The notes: a model not told the origin generated them from the sequence alone. A DNA stretch of 64,000 nt from an uncultured Bacilli bacterium (GCA_934149245.1 CAKPER010000002.1:4879-68878), one strand, 5' to 3'; shown: positions 19,746 through 28,375, counted from the first letter of the stretch. A program made the numbers and translations.

Positions 19746-21323
19746 TTATAGTTCTTCTAATAGCTCTGGAAATTTTAAATAAACATACACTTTTTTATCT
19801 TTGTCAATTTCAATCCTATCTACAAGCCTTTTTATTTGATCTTTAGTAGGATTCTTTAAAGACATATAATCTAATACAGAATTTTTACATCCACTAAATT
19901 TAGAATTATTTGTAGTTTGTTTTTCATTAACTTCTTTTTTCTTATTTAATTCTTCTAATTTCATATTAATTCTAGTTATTTCTTTATTTGTTTTGTCGTA
20001 AATTCTTTTATACATTTCTTTATCGACTAAGCCTTTAATCTTGTCCATATATAGATTATCTATGGTAGTATATTTCGAATTTAATAGATTATTTAATCTT
20101 TCAATTTTTTTATTTATTTCTTTTATATTTTTAATAACAATATTTTCTTCAGTTTCTTCTATTCCGTTAAAATCATAATATTTGCAAAATCTTTCACAGA
20201 TATTCTGTAGATATTCTATAATATCTTCTTCAAGCCAATCATAATTTATTCTGTGTGAGGAACAAATTCCATATTTTCCTTTTCTAGTATATAAATTACA
20301 TTGAGTATAATGCCTTACACCAGATTTTAAAACATCTTCACTTATTCTTATATTGCGTCCACACTCATGACAATAAAGCATACCACCTAATAAATAATCT
20401 AACTGACGATCTGTAACCCAAGTTGTTGATTTACTATCTAATATTTCTTGAACCTTATCAAATGTATCTTTTGATATTATTCCCTCATGAGTTCCTTTAA
20501 CAATAATTATTTCGTCTTGTGATGTTTTCCTTAGTTTTTTTGAATTATAACTAATTTTATTATGAGTATTTTGTACCATATTTCCTATATACATTTGGCT
20601 TGTTAATATTCCTTTAACTGTTTGCCTTTTCCATATACCAAAGCCATCATTTTCGTGTATCTTTTTTCCTCTAGGCTCGCCCTTATGAACAATAGGTATA
20701 GGTATCTTTTTTAAAGTTAAGTATTCTGCTATTTTATTTGGACTTTTTCCATCTAAAGCCAAGTCATAAATTAACTCAATAATATGTCTTACTTCTTCAT
20801 CAACAATTAATTTATGTCTATCATTTGGATCTTTCTTATATCCATATAAAGGGAATGAGCCAATATAATCACCTTTATTTTGTTTAGCCCTTAATGAACT
20901 TTTAACTTTCTTAGAAACATCTCTTAAATATAAATCGTTAACACTTAATCTAATTCCAAGCATTGAGTCCCCAATATTAGAATCATAGGAATCATTAATT
21001 GCAATATATCTAACACCACGCTCTAAAAAGTATTCTTCTATATATTTACCAGTTTTATACATTTCACGACCAAGTCTTGATAAATCTTTTGTAATAACAC
21101 AATTAATTTTACATGCTTCAATATCTTCAATCATTTCTTGAAAAGCTGGTCTATCAAAGTTACCACCAGAATAACCATCATCAACATAATGCTTATATAT
21201 TTTTAGGTTATTAAATTTTGCAAAAGAATCAATTATGATTTTTTGACTTTGAATAGATGATGATTCATCAATTTTATTGTCGGCATCAGATAATCTATCA
21301 TAAGCACCACAAATATATTCCAT
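19746..21323 (-). CDS. Large serine recombinase
   Basis: Resolvase domain with catalytic Ser in AYDRLSD, then DDGYSGGNFDRPAFQ and DLSRLGR. Followed by a recombinase domain, a Cys-rich zinc ribbon (CHECGRN..C..C) and a C-terminal coiled coil. AAGGAG RBS. Confidence 0.9.
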   Translation of the reverse strand: MEYICGAYDRLSDADNKIDESSSIQSQKIIIDSFAKFNNLKIYKHYVDDGYSGGNFDRPAFQEMIEDIEACKINCVITKDLSRLGREMYKTGKYIEEYFLERGVRYIAINDSYDSNIGDSMLGIRLSVNDLYLRDVSKKVKSSLRAKQNKGDYIGSFPLYGYKKDPNDRHKLIVDEEVRHIIELIYDLALDGKSPNKIAEYLTLKKIPIPIVHKGEPRGKKIHENDGFGIWKRQTVKGILTSQMYIGNMVQNTHNKISYNSKKLRKTSQDEIIIVKGTHEGIISKDTFDKVQEILDSKSTTWVTDRQLDYLLGGMLYCHECGRNIRISEDVLKSGVRHYTQCNLYTRKGKYGICSSHRINYDWLEEDIIEYLQNICERFCKYYDFNGIEETEENIVIKNIKEINKKIERLNNLLNSKYTTIDNLYMDKIKGLVDKEMYKRIYDKTNKEITRINMKLEELNKKKEVNEKQTTNNSKFSGCKNSVLDYMSLKNPTKDQIKRLVDRIEIDKDKKVYVYLKFPELLEEL

Positions 21324-21459
21324 TAATAAAATTGCTCCTTATTAAGTAAATTTATAATATTATTATTTTTATATTGCATAATAAATAAATTTAATTTTAA
21401 CTTAGATAGTACCAATATTTTATGCTTTTTTATTATCATTGATTTATTAAAGAAATAGG

Positions 21460-21594
21460 CTACTTTACTTTTAAATTTTTTAAATAACACAAATATCCCT
21501 CCTTTAGTATTTCTTCAAGTTTTGTACCATTCTTTTTATAAATAAAAGTTATATTTAATTTTCTTTTGACTCCATTTTTATCTATTCGCTTCAT
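21460..21594 (-). CDS. 44-codon ORF of unknown function inside the element
   Basis: MKRIDKNGVKRKLNITFIYKKNGTKLEEILKEGYLCYLKNLKVK. Weak AGAAAGG RBS. Lies between the TA terminator and the recombinase gene. Confidence 0.25.
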   Translation of the reverse strand: MKRIDKNGVKRKLNITFIYKKNGTKLEEILKEGYLCYLKNLKVK

Positions 21595-21623
21595 AAGTAT
21601 TTACCTTTCTTTAAAATATATTG

Positions 21624-21662
21624 TAAAAAAAGAAAATAATGTCTATAACATTCCGACATTAT
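21624..21662 (-). terminator. Terminator of the TA operon
   Basis: AATAATGTC / GACATTATT 9-bp stem. On the minus strand it is followed by a T-run. Confidence 0.55.
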
Positions 21663-21693
21663 TATTTTCGTATACATTATTTAAAGATAATAT

Positions 21694-22005
21694 TTAATTT
21701 AAAATACTATTAATATCCATTTTCTGATATAAAACTCTTACAATAGTAATTATTTTATCATTTTCATTTATAGTATAAAACATAAGAAAATTTTTAACTT
21801 TAATACTTCTATAACTGTTCTCTAAATTTGAAGTTGTTATATATTCAGAAAAGCTATAAGGAAAACTTAAAATATTATTTGCACTTTCTATGAAACACTT
21901 AGCTAAATTAATTGCAGCAGTGGTATTTTGTAAGGTATTAGAGATATAATATATAATATCATCTATATCTTTTTTGGCAATTGGTAAAAATTCTAATTTA
22001 TACAT
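21694..22005 (-). CDS. Type II toxin, ParE/RelE superfamily
   Basis: 103 aa. Profile-like pattern YKLEF.P.A.KDIDDII.YI......A...........L..FP......YR...VKNFLMFY.I.E....I.IVRVLY. Starts 1 nt after the antitoxin stop. Confidence 0.8.
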   Translation of the reverse strand: MYKLEFLPIAKKDIDDIIYYISNTLQNTTAAINLAKCFIESANNILSFPYSFSEYITTSNLENSYRSIKVKNFLMFYTINENDKIITIVRVLYQKMDINSILN

Positions 22006-22006
22006 A

Positions 22007-22288
22007 CTACCCTTTATTAATAATATTATTCATACTATTTTCTATATCATTTATGGTATATCTTTTAGAAGTACTATTTATTTCTGCTTCAGCTTCTTTC
22101 AATTTTTCATAAATCATTTCATCAGCTGTACTAGCTTTTACTTCAAATGGTATTTTTTGTTCTCTCAAAACAGCTTTTATAAACATATTCACAGCTGTTG
22201 AAACATTCATTCCAACATTATTACAAAACTTTTCAAAATTCTTTTTATCATTTGCATCTATTCTGACATTTAAAGTTAATGATTCCAT
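22007..22288 (-). CDS. Type II antitoxin, RelB/DinJ family
   Basis: AGAGGG RBS before ATG 22288. LTLNVRIDANDKKNFEKFCNNVGMNVSTAVNMFIKAVLREQKIPFEV is a typical ribbon-helix-helix DinJ/RelB fold sequence. Confidence 0.75.
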   Translation of the reverse strand: MESLTLNVRIDANDKKNFEKFCNNVGMNVSTAVNMFIKAVLREQKIPFEVKASTADEMIYEKLKEAEAEINSTSKRYTINDIENSMNNIINKG

Positions 22289-22539
22289 ATTATCCCTCTT
22301 TTCTAAACTAAGTATATAATTGTTGTGTGTATTTGTCAATACAATGTGTATATATATTAATACAAAGTATTTTTGTATACGATTATTACTAAAAATATAT
22401 TAAAGCTATAATAGTAGAATAAATTTTTTCAGTAATGGGAAAATTACCCCTTATTTTTATCTGCAAAATTTTGTGTTTATCTGTATTTTTTTAATATTTT
22501 ATCATTCTTATTATTTTTATTTTTTTATCAAATCTTTAA

Positions 22540-22561
22540 AAGCCTTTGAAAATAAAGGCTT
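22540..22561. terminator. Hairpin at the right end of the element
   Basis: AAGCCTTT-GAAAAT-AAAGGCTT 8-bp stem with T-rich flanks on both strands. It sits ~35 nt downstream (minus strand) of the premature stop of the SEDS 5' segment. Confidence 0.5.
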
Positions 22562-22595
22562 ATTTTGACTGTAGTTATCAGTTATATAGTAGGAC

Positions 22596-23588
22596 TTACC
22601 CTGTTACAGGAATTAATCCTACAACCACCATTAAATTAAGTAAAGTTTGAAATGCTAATCCAAAAGTAATTCCAAAAGCCAAATATTTTCCAAATTTATT
22701 TTCACAATGTTTACTTATTCTAAAACCTCTATAAATAATAATTATAAATAAAGAAGCTACTATTAAAATACCTAAAAAACCAAATTCTTCACTAATTATA
22801 GAAAAGATAAAATCGGTCTGTGGCTCTGGTAGATAAAAATGTTTTTGAATACTATTTTTAAAACCAACTCCCATTAAACCAGCTGGTCCTATTGCATACA
22901 GGCTCTGAATTATTTGAAAACCACTACCAAGTGGATCGGTCCAGGGATTTAAAAAAGATACTATTCTTTTTAATCTATAAGGTGCCACTATTATCAACAA
23001 AACTATACCAACTAAACCAAGTAATCCCATTTTTATAAAAAATGACATATTAACACCACTTATAAATAATAATCCTACTATAGTTACAACAATTATTACT
23101 CCCGTTCCGAAATCAGGTTGTAACATAATAAGAGCAAATACTAGCATTAAAACTATTAAAATAGGTAATACTCCTGTTTTAACATTTTTTAATATTTTTT
23201 CATTTTGCGTTAAATATTTTGATGTAAAAATAATCATTCCTAGTTTTGTAAACTCACTAGGTTGAATACCAAATCCGCCTATTCCAAACCAACTTCTAGA
23301 ACCATTTCTTACAGAACCAATTCCTGGAATTAAAACTAATACTAATAATAAAATACAACTAAAAAATATTAAATTGGCTCTATTTAAATATTTAGTATAA
23401 GGAACTTTTAACATCATATACATAATAATATAACCAATTACTAAAAATATACTCTGGGTAATAACAAATTTATAAGGATTATTAAATTTGTATTCAGCCC
23501 AAACATAAGATGATGAATATATCATAGTAACACCAAATAGTGATATAATTATAATAGCAAATAAAAGAATTAAATCTATATTTTTCAT
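22596..23588 (-). pseudogene. 5' segment (330 codons) of the split SEDS (SpoVE/FtsW/RodA-family) gene
   Basis: GGAGG RBS. Multi-TM translation with SEDS motifs (GSVRNGSRSWF..GIQPSEFTKL..QPDFGT..PEPQTDFIFS). It ends ..LIPVTG and then hits an element-encoded TAA, lacking the xxLPFxSYGGSS C-terminus. Confidence 0.85.
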
Positions 23589-23794
23589 GCTACCTCCTAA
23601 AGTAATGCTAACTTTCTTAATAAATATATCTTAAATCTATTAATTTAACATTAGTTTTCTTCTCATAATCTTCTATAAAATATTATTTATAAATGATATT
23701 AAATATGCTATTTGTCTGTAAAGTTAGTTTTAGATTATTGTAAATTATGATTGAATGTGTTATATATAAAATGTATTTTTTAGGAGGTGATTTA

Positions 23795-25579
23795 ATGAGA
23801 GAATATCTTTTAAGTATCAAAAGTGAAATAGAAAGAGTTGAAGTAATAAAAAAAATAGACAGTGATAAAGAAAAATCTAGGTGTTTAGAATTAATTTCTT
23901 CTCCTAAATTAAAAGCTGATATTATCAAAAGTTTTATAAGTGATGAAGAAAAGTGTAAGTATTTGGAAATATTATCTGATGACTATATTAGGGCTACTAT
24001 TATTACAAGTTTTCATGATGATAATCTTAAAGCAAATTTTATAAGAGTTTTAAAAGATGATTTATCTAAAATTAATATTATTAGAAGTATTAAAGATAAG
24101 CAACTTAGAATAAATTGTTTAGTAAATATTAAAAATATCAAGTATATAAGAAATATAATAGATCATGCTGAATATTTAGATACAATTATTATTCCAAATA
24201 AATTAATTGAAAAATATGCTAATTATTATAAAGTCAAGTTGTCTAGACTTAATAGTTTTATCTCTAAATTTGGCTACAAAATACTATGGATGATAGATAA
24301 CGACAACATCAAAGATGCTCTAAGGCTAAACAAGACAGATTTTTATAAATATATGGAACTATTTAAAGAAATAAATCTATTTTTAAATAATAATGATATT
24401 AATAATGCTACTAATTCAATACTTCAAAGAGAATTTAGATTAAAAAGACATGATATTTATTCAGTATATGGTATCCTAGAAGCAGCAATATCAACCAAAA
24501 ATAAAGATAATATTATAAAAATAATTAATGAAATAAGTAATTATGTTGATATAGATTTATTTATAAAGCCTCTAGGTTTATCAAGACAAGACTTTTTAAA
24601 TAGTATTTTAGAAGGAAAAAATAAAAATATTTTACATGATATTACTAATAAATATATAATGTTAAAGAGAAATGAATATGTAAGAGAAAGACAAAAACAT
24701 TTAAAAAAAGAGCTAAATCTTACTCAAAAATATGATAAAAAATTTATAACCAATAAAGTTATTACAACTACATCTACTAATGATATTCTAACTCTTATAT
24801 CCAAGTGTAATAAAAATAGATTATCAAGTCAAGCTCTAGAGCTTATAAAGAATGAGAAAGTTTTAAGCGAAATAATTAACTTTAAAAAAGATCCTAGCAG
24901 GTGTCAAAATAAAAAGGCTATCTTTCCTTATTTAAAAATCTTTAATGAAATTCTAACTAATTTATATGATATGGATCTTCTAAAAACTTCTGTTAAAGAT
25001 GAAGAGTGCAAATATGTCTATATTATAGATAATGTTAGTGCTGATACTTTAGTTAGTGTTACTAGTTTTTTTAATGTTGAAAAAATGATAGAGAATATTT
25101 TTAATAACTCTGCTTTGTATAATCAGTTGCTCCAGGATTTAGATAAATATAAGTTTATAGGAAGTCTAGATATATACACTAATATAGTAAAAAATGCTGA
25201 TTTAGATTATAGTAGTAGTACTGTTGCTAGTTTTATTAGTAATTATGATAGAATAACAAAGTATATTAAGGATTATAATATAATTCCATCATTCACAACT
25301 CTTATGGAGGTTGCTGGTGTTTATGATAGTAGCTCTTATAAATATGAAATATTATTTGGTAGGGAAAATAGCAAACTATTAGTCCATAATCTACCAGCTA
25401 ATAGTGCTTCTATGTCTAAAAATCTCAGACTAGAAAATGCTATTTATTATATTAATATTATGTATAAAAGAAAGTACATAACTGTACCACCAATTGATGA
25501 AGATATATCTATAAATGGTAAAAACATAAATATTAATTTAGGAAATTTTACTGATATGATTAATTTAACTTATGGCTAA
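23795..25579 (+). CDS. Unknown protein, N-terminal part: ~26-aa helical repeats followed by a large uncharacterised region
   Basis: AGGAGG RBS before ATG 23795. Repeats of the type xIIKSFISDEEKCKYLEILSDDYIRA occur 4 times. Terminated by a single TAA that is in frame with the next ORF. Confidence 0.6.
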   Translation: MREYLLSIKSEIERVEVIKKIDSDKEKSRCLELISSPKLKADIIKSFISDEEKCKYLEILSDDYIRATIITSFHDDNLKANFIRVLKDDLSKINIIRSIKDKQLRINCLVNIKNIKYIRNIIDHAEYLDTIIIPNKLIEKYANYYKVKLSRLNSFISKFGYKILWMIDNDNIKDALRLNKTDFYKYMELFKEINLFLNNNDINNATNSILQREFRLKRHDIYSVYGILEAAISTKNKDNIIKIINEISNYVDIDLFIKPLGLSRQDFLNSILEGKNKNILHDITNKYIMLKRNEYVRERQKHLKKELNLTQKYDKKFITNKVITTTSTNDILTLISKCNKNRLSSQALELIKNEKVLSEIINFKKDPSRCQNKKAIFPYLKIFNEILTNLYDMDLLKTSVKDEECKYVYIIDNVSADTLVSVTSFFNVEKMIENIFNNSALYNQLLQDLDKYKFIGSLDIYTNIVKNADLDYSSSTVASFISNYDRITKYIKDYNIIPSFTTLMEVAGVYDSSSYKYEILFGRENSKLLVHNLPANSASMSKNLRLENAIYYINIMYKRKYITVPPIDEDISINGKNININLGNFTDMINLTYG

Positions 25580-25594
25580 AGAACAGGCTCTTGT

Positions 25595-26341
25595 ATGAGA
25601 ATAGGGGGAACAGGGGCAACTTTGTTTGATTTTTGTCTGAAAAATGATAATGGTTTTCATATTTGTTTGCGTGATAAAAATAGTATGAACTTTATTAGTC
25701 GAGTAAGTGGATTCAGAAATGGTAACACGGTCTTTTTAAATCAACTTAGAAATAGTGTTCTAGCAACTTATGATGATTATGATATAGTTAGTGCCATTAA
25801 AGTAGTTGCAGATATGTTAATTGAAAGAACTAAAGATAGTAAGTTTCCTATTGCTAATGTTATTATATCATCTGATTTTGCTATGAATAAATATGTAGAC
25901 TTAATAGAAAATTTAGAAATTAATGATAGTAGAGATGGTTATGATTATTTTTATGCTGATGTAGAAAATAGTGGTATTGTATTAGCAAGTAGTAATAATA
26001 AAAAGTTAGTTCCAATAGAATTAGGAACTAATAATTGTTCTAAATATTTAGTTAATCGAAAGAAGGTTCATGAATATGATGCTGGTGTTCAAGATGATTT
26101 TTCTGATAAAATAGCAAGTATTCAAATTATTGATCAAGTATTAGAAGATATTCCTTTTGAAGATTGTGATTATATTGTTCCAAATGGAATTGTTAAATGT
26201 TATATAGGTGAGGATTGGTATTTAACTAAAGATATAGATGGTAACATTCAGAAATATATTATGTCTAATTCTAATAATAAGGAATTAGCTCTAGAAGAAA
26301 TTAATAATATATTAGCTAAAAACAAGATAAGAAAAAGGTAA
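25595..26341 (+). CDS. Unknown protein, C-terminal part (same frame as 23795-25579)
   Basis: No RBS precedes ATG 25595. The frame is open from 25580 (RTGSCMRIGGTGATLFDF..). It is separated from the upstream ORF by only one stop codon. Confidence 0.5.
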   Translation: MRIGGTGATLFDFCLKNDNGFHICLRDKNSMNFISRVSGFRNGNTVFLNQLRNSVLATYDDYDIVSAIKVVADMLIERTKDSKFPIANVIISSDFAMNKYVDLIENLEINDSRDGYDYFYADVENSGIVLASSNNKKLVPIELGTNNCSKYLVNRKKVHEYDAGVQDDFSDKIASIQIIDQVLEDIPFEDCDYIVPNGIVKCYIGEDWYLTKDIDGNIQKYIMSNSNNKELALEEINNILAKNKIRKR

Positions 26342-26354
26342 GGAGGTAATTAAT

Positions 26355-26591
26355 ATGGTATTGAAAAGAGAAATAGGTTCTGGAAAAGTAATTGATTATG
26401 ATGGAAGCTTTGGCTCTATTAAAGATAATAATCAAAATGAATATTTATTTTCTAAAGATGATATTTTAGATAAAAAAGATATTAAAATAGGGGGAATTGT
26501 TACTTTTGAAAAAGAAATTCAAAAAAATATAGAAGTACCTTCGGTTAAGAGAGCTAGATTTGTAAGGTGTCGAAAAAAGCAAAAATATTAA
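26355..26591 (+). CDS. Small cold-shock-domain-like (OB-fold) protein with a basic tail
   Basis: AAGGAGG RBS. GKVIDYDGSFGSIKDNNQNEYLFSKDDI..IGGIVTFE aligns by eye with the CspA pattern GxVKWFxxxKGFGFI..VFVHxSxI..GxxVxFE, but the RNP1/RNP2 aromatics are degenerate. Confidence 0.5.
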   Translation: MVLKREIGSGKVIDYDGSFGSIKDNNQNEYLFSKDDILDKKDIKIGGIVTFEKEIQKNIEVPSVKRARFVRCRKKQKY

Positions 26592-26599
26592 ACTTGTAG

Positions 26600-26627
26600 T
26601 TGACAAAAACTGATTAAGTGCTATAAT
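26600..26627 (+). promoter_or_regulatory. Near-consensus SigA promoter for the amidoligase operon
   Basis: TTGACA, 16-nt spacer, then TGcTATAAT (extended -10), 25 nt upstream of the ATG. Confidence 0.6.
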
Positions 26628-26652
26628 ATTTTTCTATCAAGGGGGATTTAAT

Positions 26653-27609
26653 ATGTGGTATGATGAGTTAGAAAAACGTAATACAATTAATTTGCCATCT
26701 GATGTTACTTTTGGCGTGGAAATAGAATTTGCTAAGGCTAGTAAGCTTTATGTTGAGGATGAAATAGAAACTGGATTTAAAAATAATATTTTAAATAAAA
26801 ATTGGAAAGTTGAAAATGAAAAAACACTATATGAAAGTGGTGTTTGCTATTCTATCTATGGAGGAGAAGCAGTTAGTGATATTTTAATTGATTCTAAGAG
26901 TGATTGGAATGGTATCTCTTATGTTTGTGATTCTATAAAGAAATATAGAGGAAAAATAAATCAAAATTGTGGTGCTCATGTTCATATTGGCGAAAATATA
27001 TTTGCTAGTAATTTAAAATATTATGCAAGATTTATGAAACTTTGGACAATATATGAAGAGATTATTACAAGATTTTGTTTTGGAGAATATAGTACTCCTA
27101 GAAGAAGTTTTTATAATTTTTCAGGAACTTGCACTAATTTATTTAAACATATAGATTTGTTTTACAAGAATGATAAAGTAATTAGAAGTTTTGATGAATT
27201 TATTAGTTGTTATTCTAGATTTAAAAATGAAGCTGTTAGCTTTTATGGAGTAGATAAACAAAATATTTTAAAAAAGTATGGTTCTGATGTTGATTGGGAA
27301 CATTATAAAACTATAGAATTTAGAGCTGGGAATGGAACACTAAATCCTGTTATTTGGCAAAATTATGTTAATTTATATACCAAATTAATGCTAATATGTC
27401 TAGATGATTCTAAAGATTGGGATATGATAGATAAATTATTTTATAAAAATATTGAACAAGAAGATTTTAGTCTTGATATTAATATTCCTAAAGCTTTAGA
27501 GTTTGTTGATTTAATATTTGATAACAATATAGATAAAGAGTACTTTTTAACTCAATATCTAAAGAAAGATAAAAGTGATATTAAGAAATTAATAAAAAGA
27601 ATGGGGTGA
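26653..27609 (+). CDS. Amidoligase (Amidoligase_2 / GCS2-glutamine-synthetase-like COOH-NH2 ligase family)
   Basis: GGGGGA RBS. Motifs TFGVEIEF, CGAHVHIG and TIEFRAGNGTLN are characteristic of the 'putative amidoligase enzyme' family. Confidence 0.7.
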   Translation: MWYDELEKRNTINLPSDVTFGVEIEFAKASKLYVEDEIETGFKNNILNKNWKVENEKTLYESGVCYSIYGGEAVSDILIDSKSDWNGISYVCDSIKKYRGKINQNCGAHVHIGENIFASNLKYYARFMKLWTIYEEIITRFCFGEYSTPRRSFYNFSGTCTNLFKHIDLFYKNDKVIRSFDEFISCYSRFKNEAVSFYGVDKQNILKKYGSDVDWEHYKTIEFRAGNGTLNPVIWQNYVNLYTKLMLICLDDSKDWDMIDKLFYKNIEQEDFSLDINIPKALEFVDLIFDNNIDKEYFLTQYLKKDKSDIKKLIKRMG

Positions 27610-27615
27610 TTTACT

Positions 27616-28308
27616 TTGAAAATTATAGGTGTAGTAGGTAGGGCGTATTATAATAAAGATGATCAAAAAATTATGCAAGTAAATGAAGATATTAGAAGGG
27701 CTTTTTGTAAATATGATGATGTTACTATGATAGAAATATTACCACCAAATGATATTTATTATGTTACATCTAAGATGGGTGAAGATAAATTAGATAATAT
27801 TTCATTAAATAAATTAAATTATATTCTAGAACTTTGCGATGGTTTTATAGTACCAGGTGGTAGCTATTGGTATAATTTTGATGAATATGTAATTGAATAT
27901 GCTATTAACAAAAATAAACCTCTACTTTGTATTTGTTTAGGTTTTCAAGCACTATGTAGTAAATATTCTAAAGATAGAAATAAATTTGATATGACTAGTT
28001 CATGTAAAGACAATAGTCATTATGGAGATAGTTATTCATATATTCATGATATTAATATATTAGATAATACTAAGCTAAAGAATATCTTAAAAGAAGATGT
28101 TATAAAAGTTAATAGTATTCATAAATCTTATATAAATACAGAGTTTAACAAATTAGTAGTATCAGCTTATTCTAGCGATAATATAATAGAAGCTGTAGAA
28201 ATTCCAAATCTAAATTTTGTTTTAGGAATACAGTGGCATCCAGAATATATAATGGATGATGCTTCTATTAAAATATTTGATAGTTTTGTAGATAGTATGA
28301 AAAAATAA
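27616..28308 (+). CDS. Class I glutamine-amidotransferase-like peptidase C26 (gamma-glutamyl amide hydrolase, PuuD-like)
   Basis: GGGGTGA RBS with TTG start. Nucleophile elbow LLCICLGFQAL and His/Glu in GIQWHPE, so the triad looks intact. Confidence 0.75.
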   Translation: MKIIGVVGRAYYNKDDQKIMQVNEDIRRAFCKYDDVTMIEILPPNDIYYVTSKMGEDKLDNISLNKLNYILELCDGFIVPGGSYWYNFDEYVIEYAINKNKPLLCICLGFQALCSKYSKDRNKFDMTSSCKDNSHYGDSYSYIHDINILDNTKLKNILKEDVIKVNSIHKSYINTEFNKLVVSAYSSDNIIEAVEIPNLNFVLGIQWHPEYIMDDASIKIFDSFVDSMKK

Positions 28309-28342
28309 AAAAATATAGAAATTATTTATATTGTAAAACATG

Positions 28343-28375
28343 AAAAAGGCCTCTAAAAAAATAGAGGCTTTTTTG
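28343..28375. terminator. Bidirectional terminator
   Basis: AAAAAGGCCTCTA-loop-TAGAGGCTTTTTT lies between convergent genes. Confidence 0.65.

Larger units (their letters stand above)
19657..22599 (-). mobile_element. ~2.95-kb serine-recombinase intervening/mobile element inserted in the SEDS gene
   Basis: Bounded by the two SEDS gene halves. Contains only a large serine recombinase, a 44-codon ORF and a ParE/RelB TA pair. GG dinucleotides at 19655-19656 and 22600-22601 allow in-frame rejoining. Confidence 0.75.

Noticed and set aside
19650-22605. Aligning the two junctions on their longest shared string, AGGGT (minus strand), as the crossover core.
   Set aside because: Joining on that 5-mer gives ..ACA GGG TGT TAC.., a frameshifted SEDS gene. 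Sliding by one base to a GG dinucleotide restores the frame, gives the expected ..PVTG-VTLPF.. sequence, and produces dyad-symmetric attB and attP cores. This fits the 2-bp crossover of serine recombinases, so the simple dead-pseudogene reading was not adopted, though it remains the null hypothesis.
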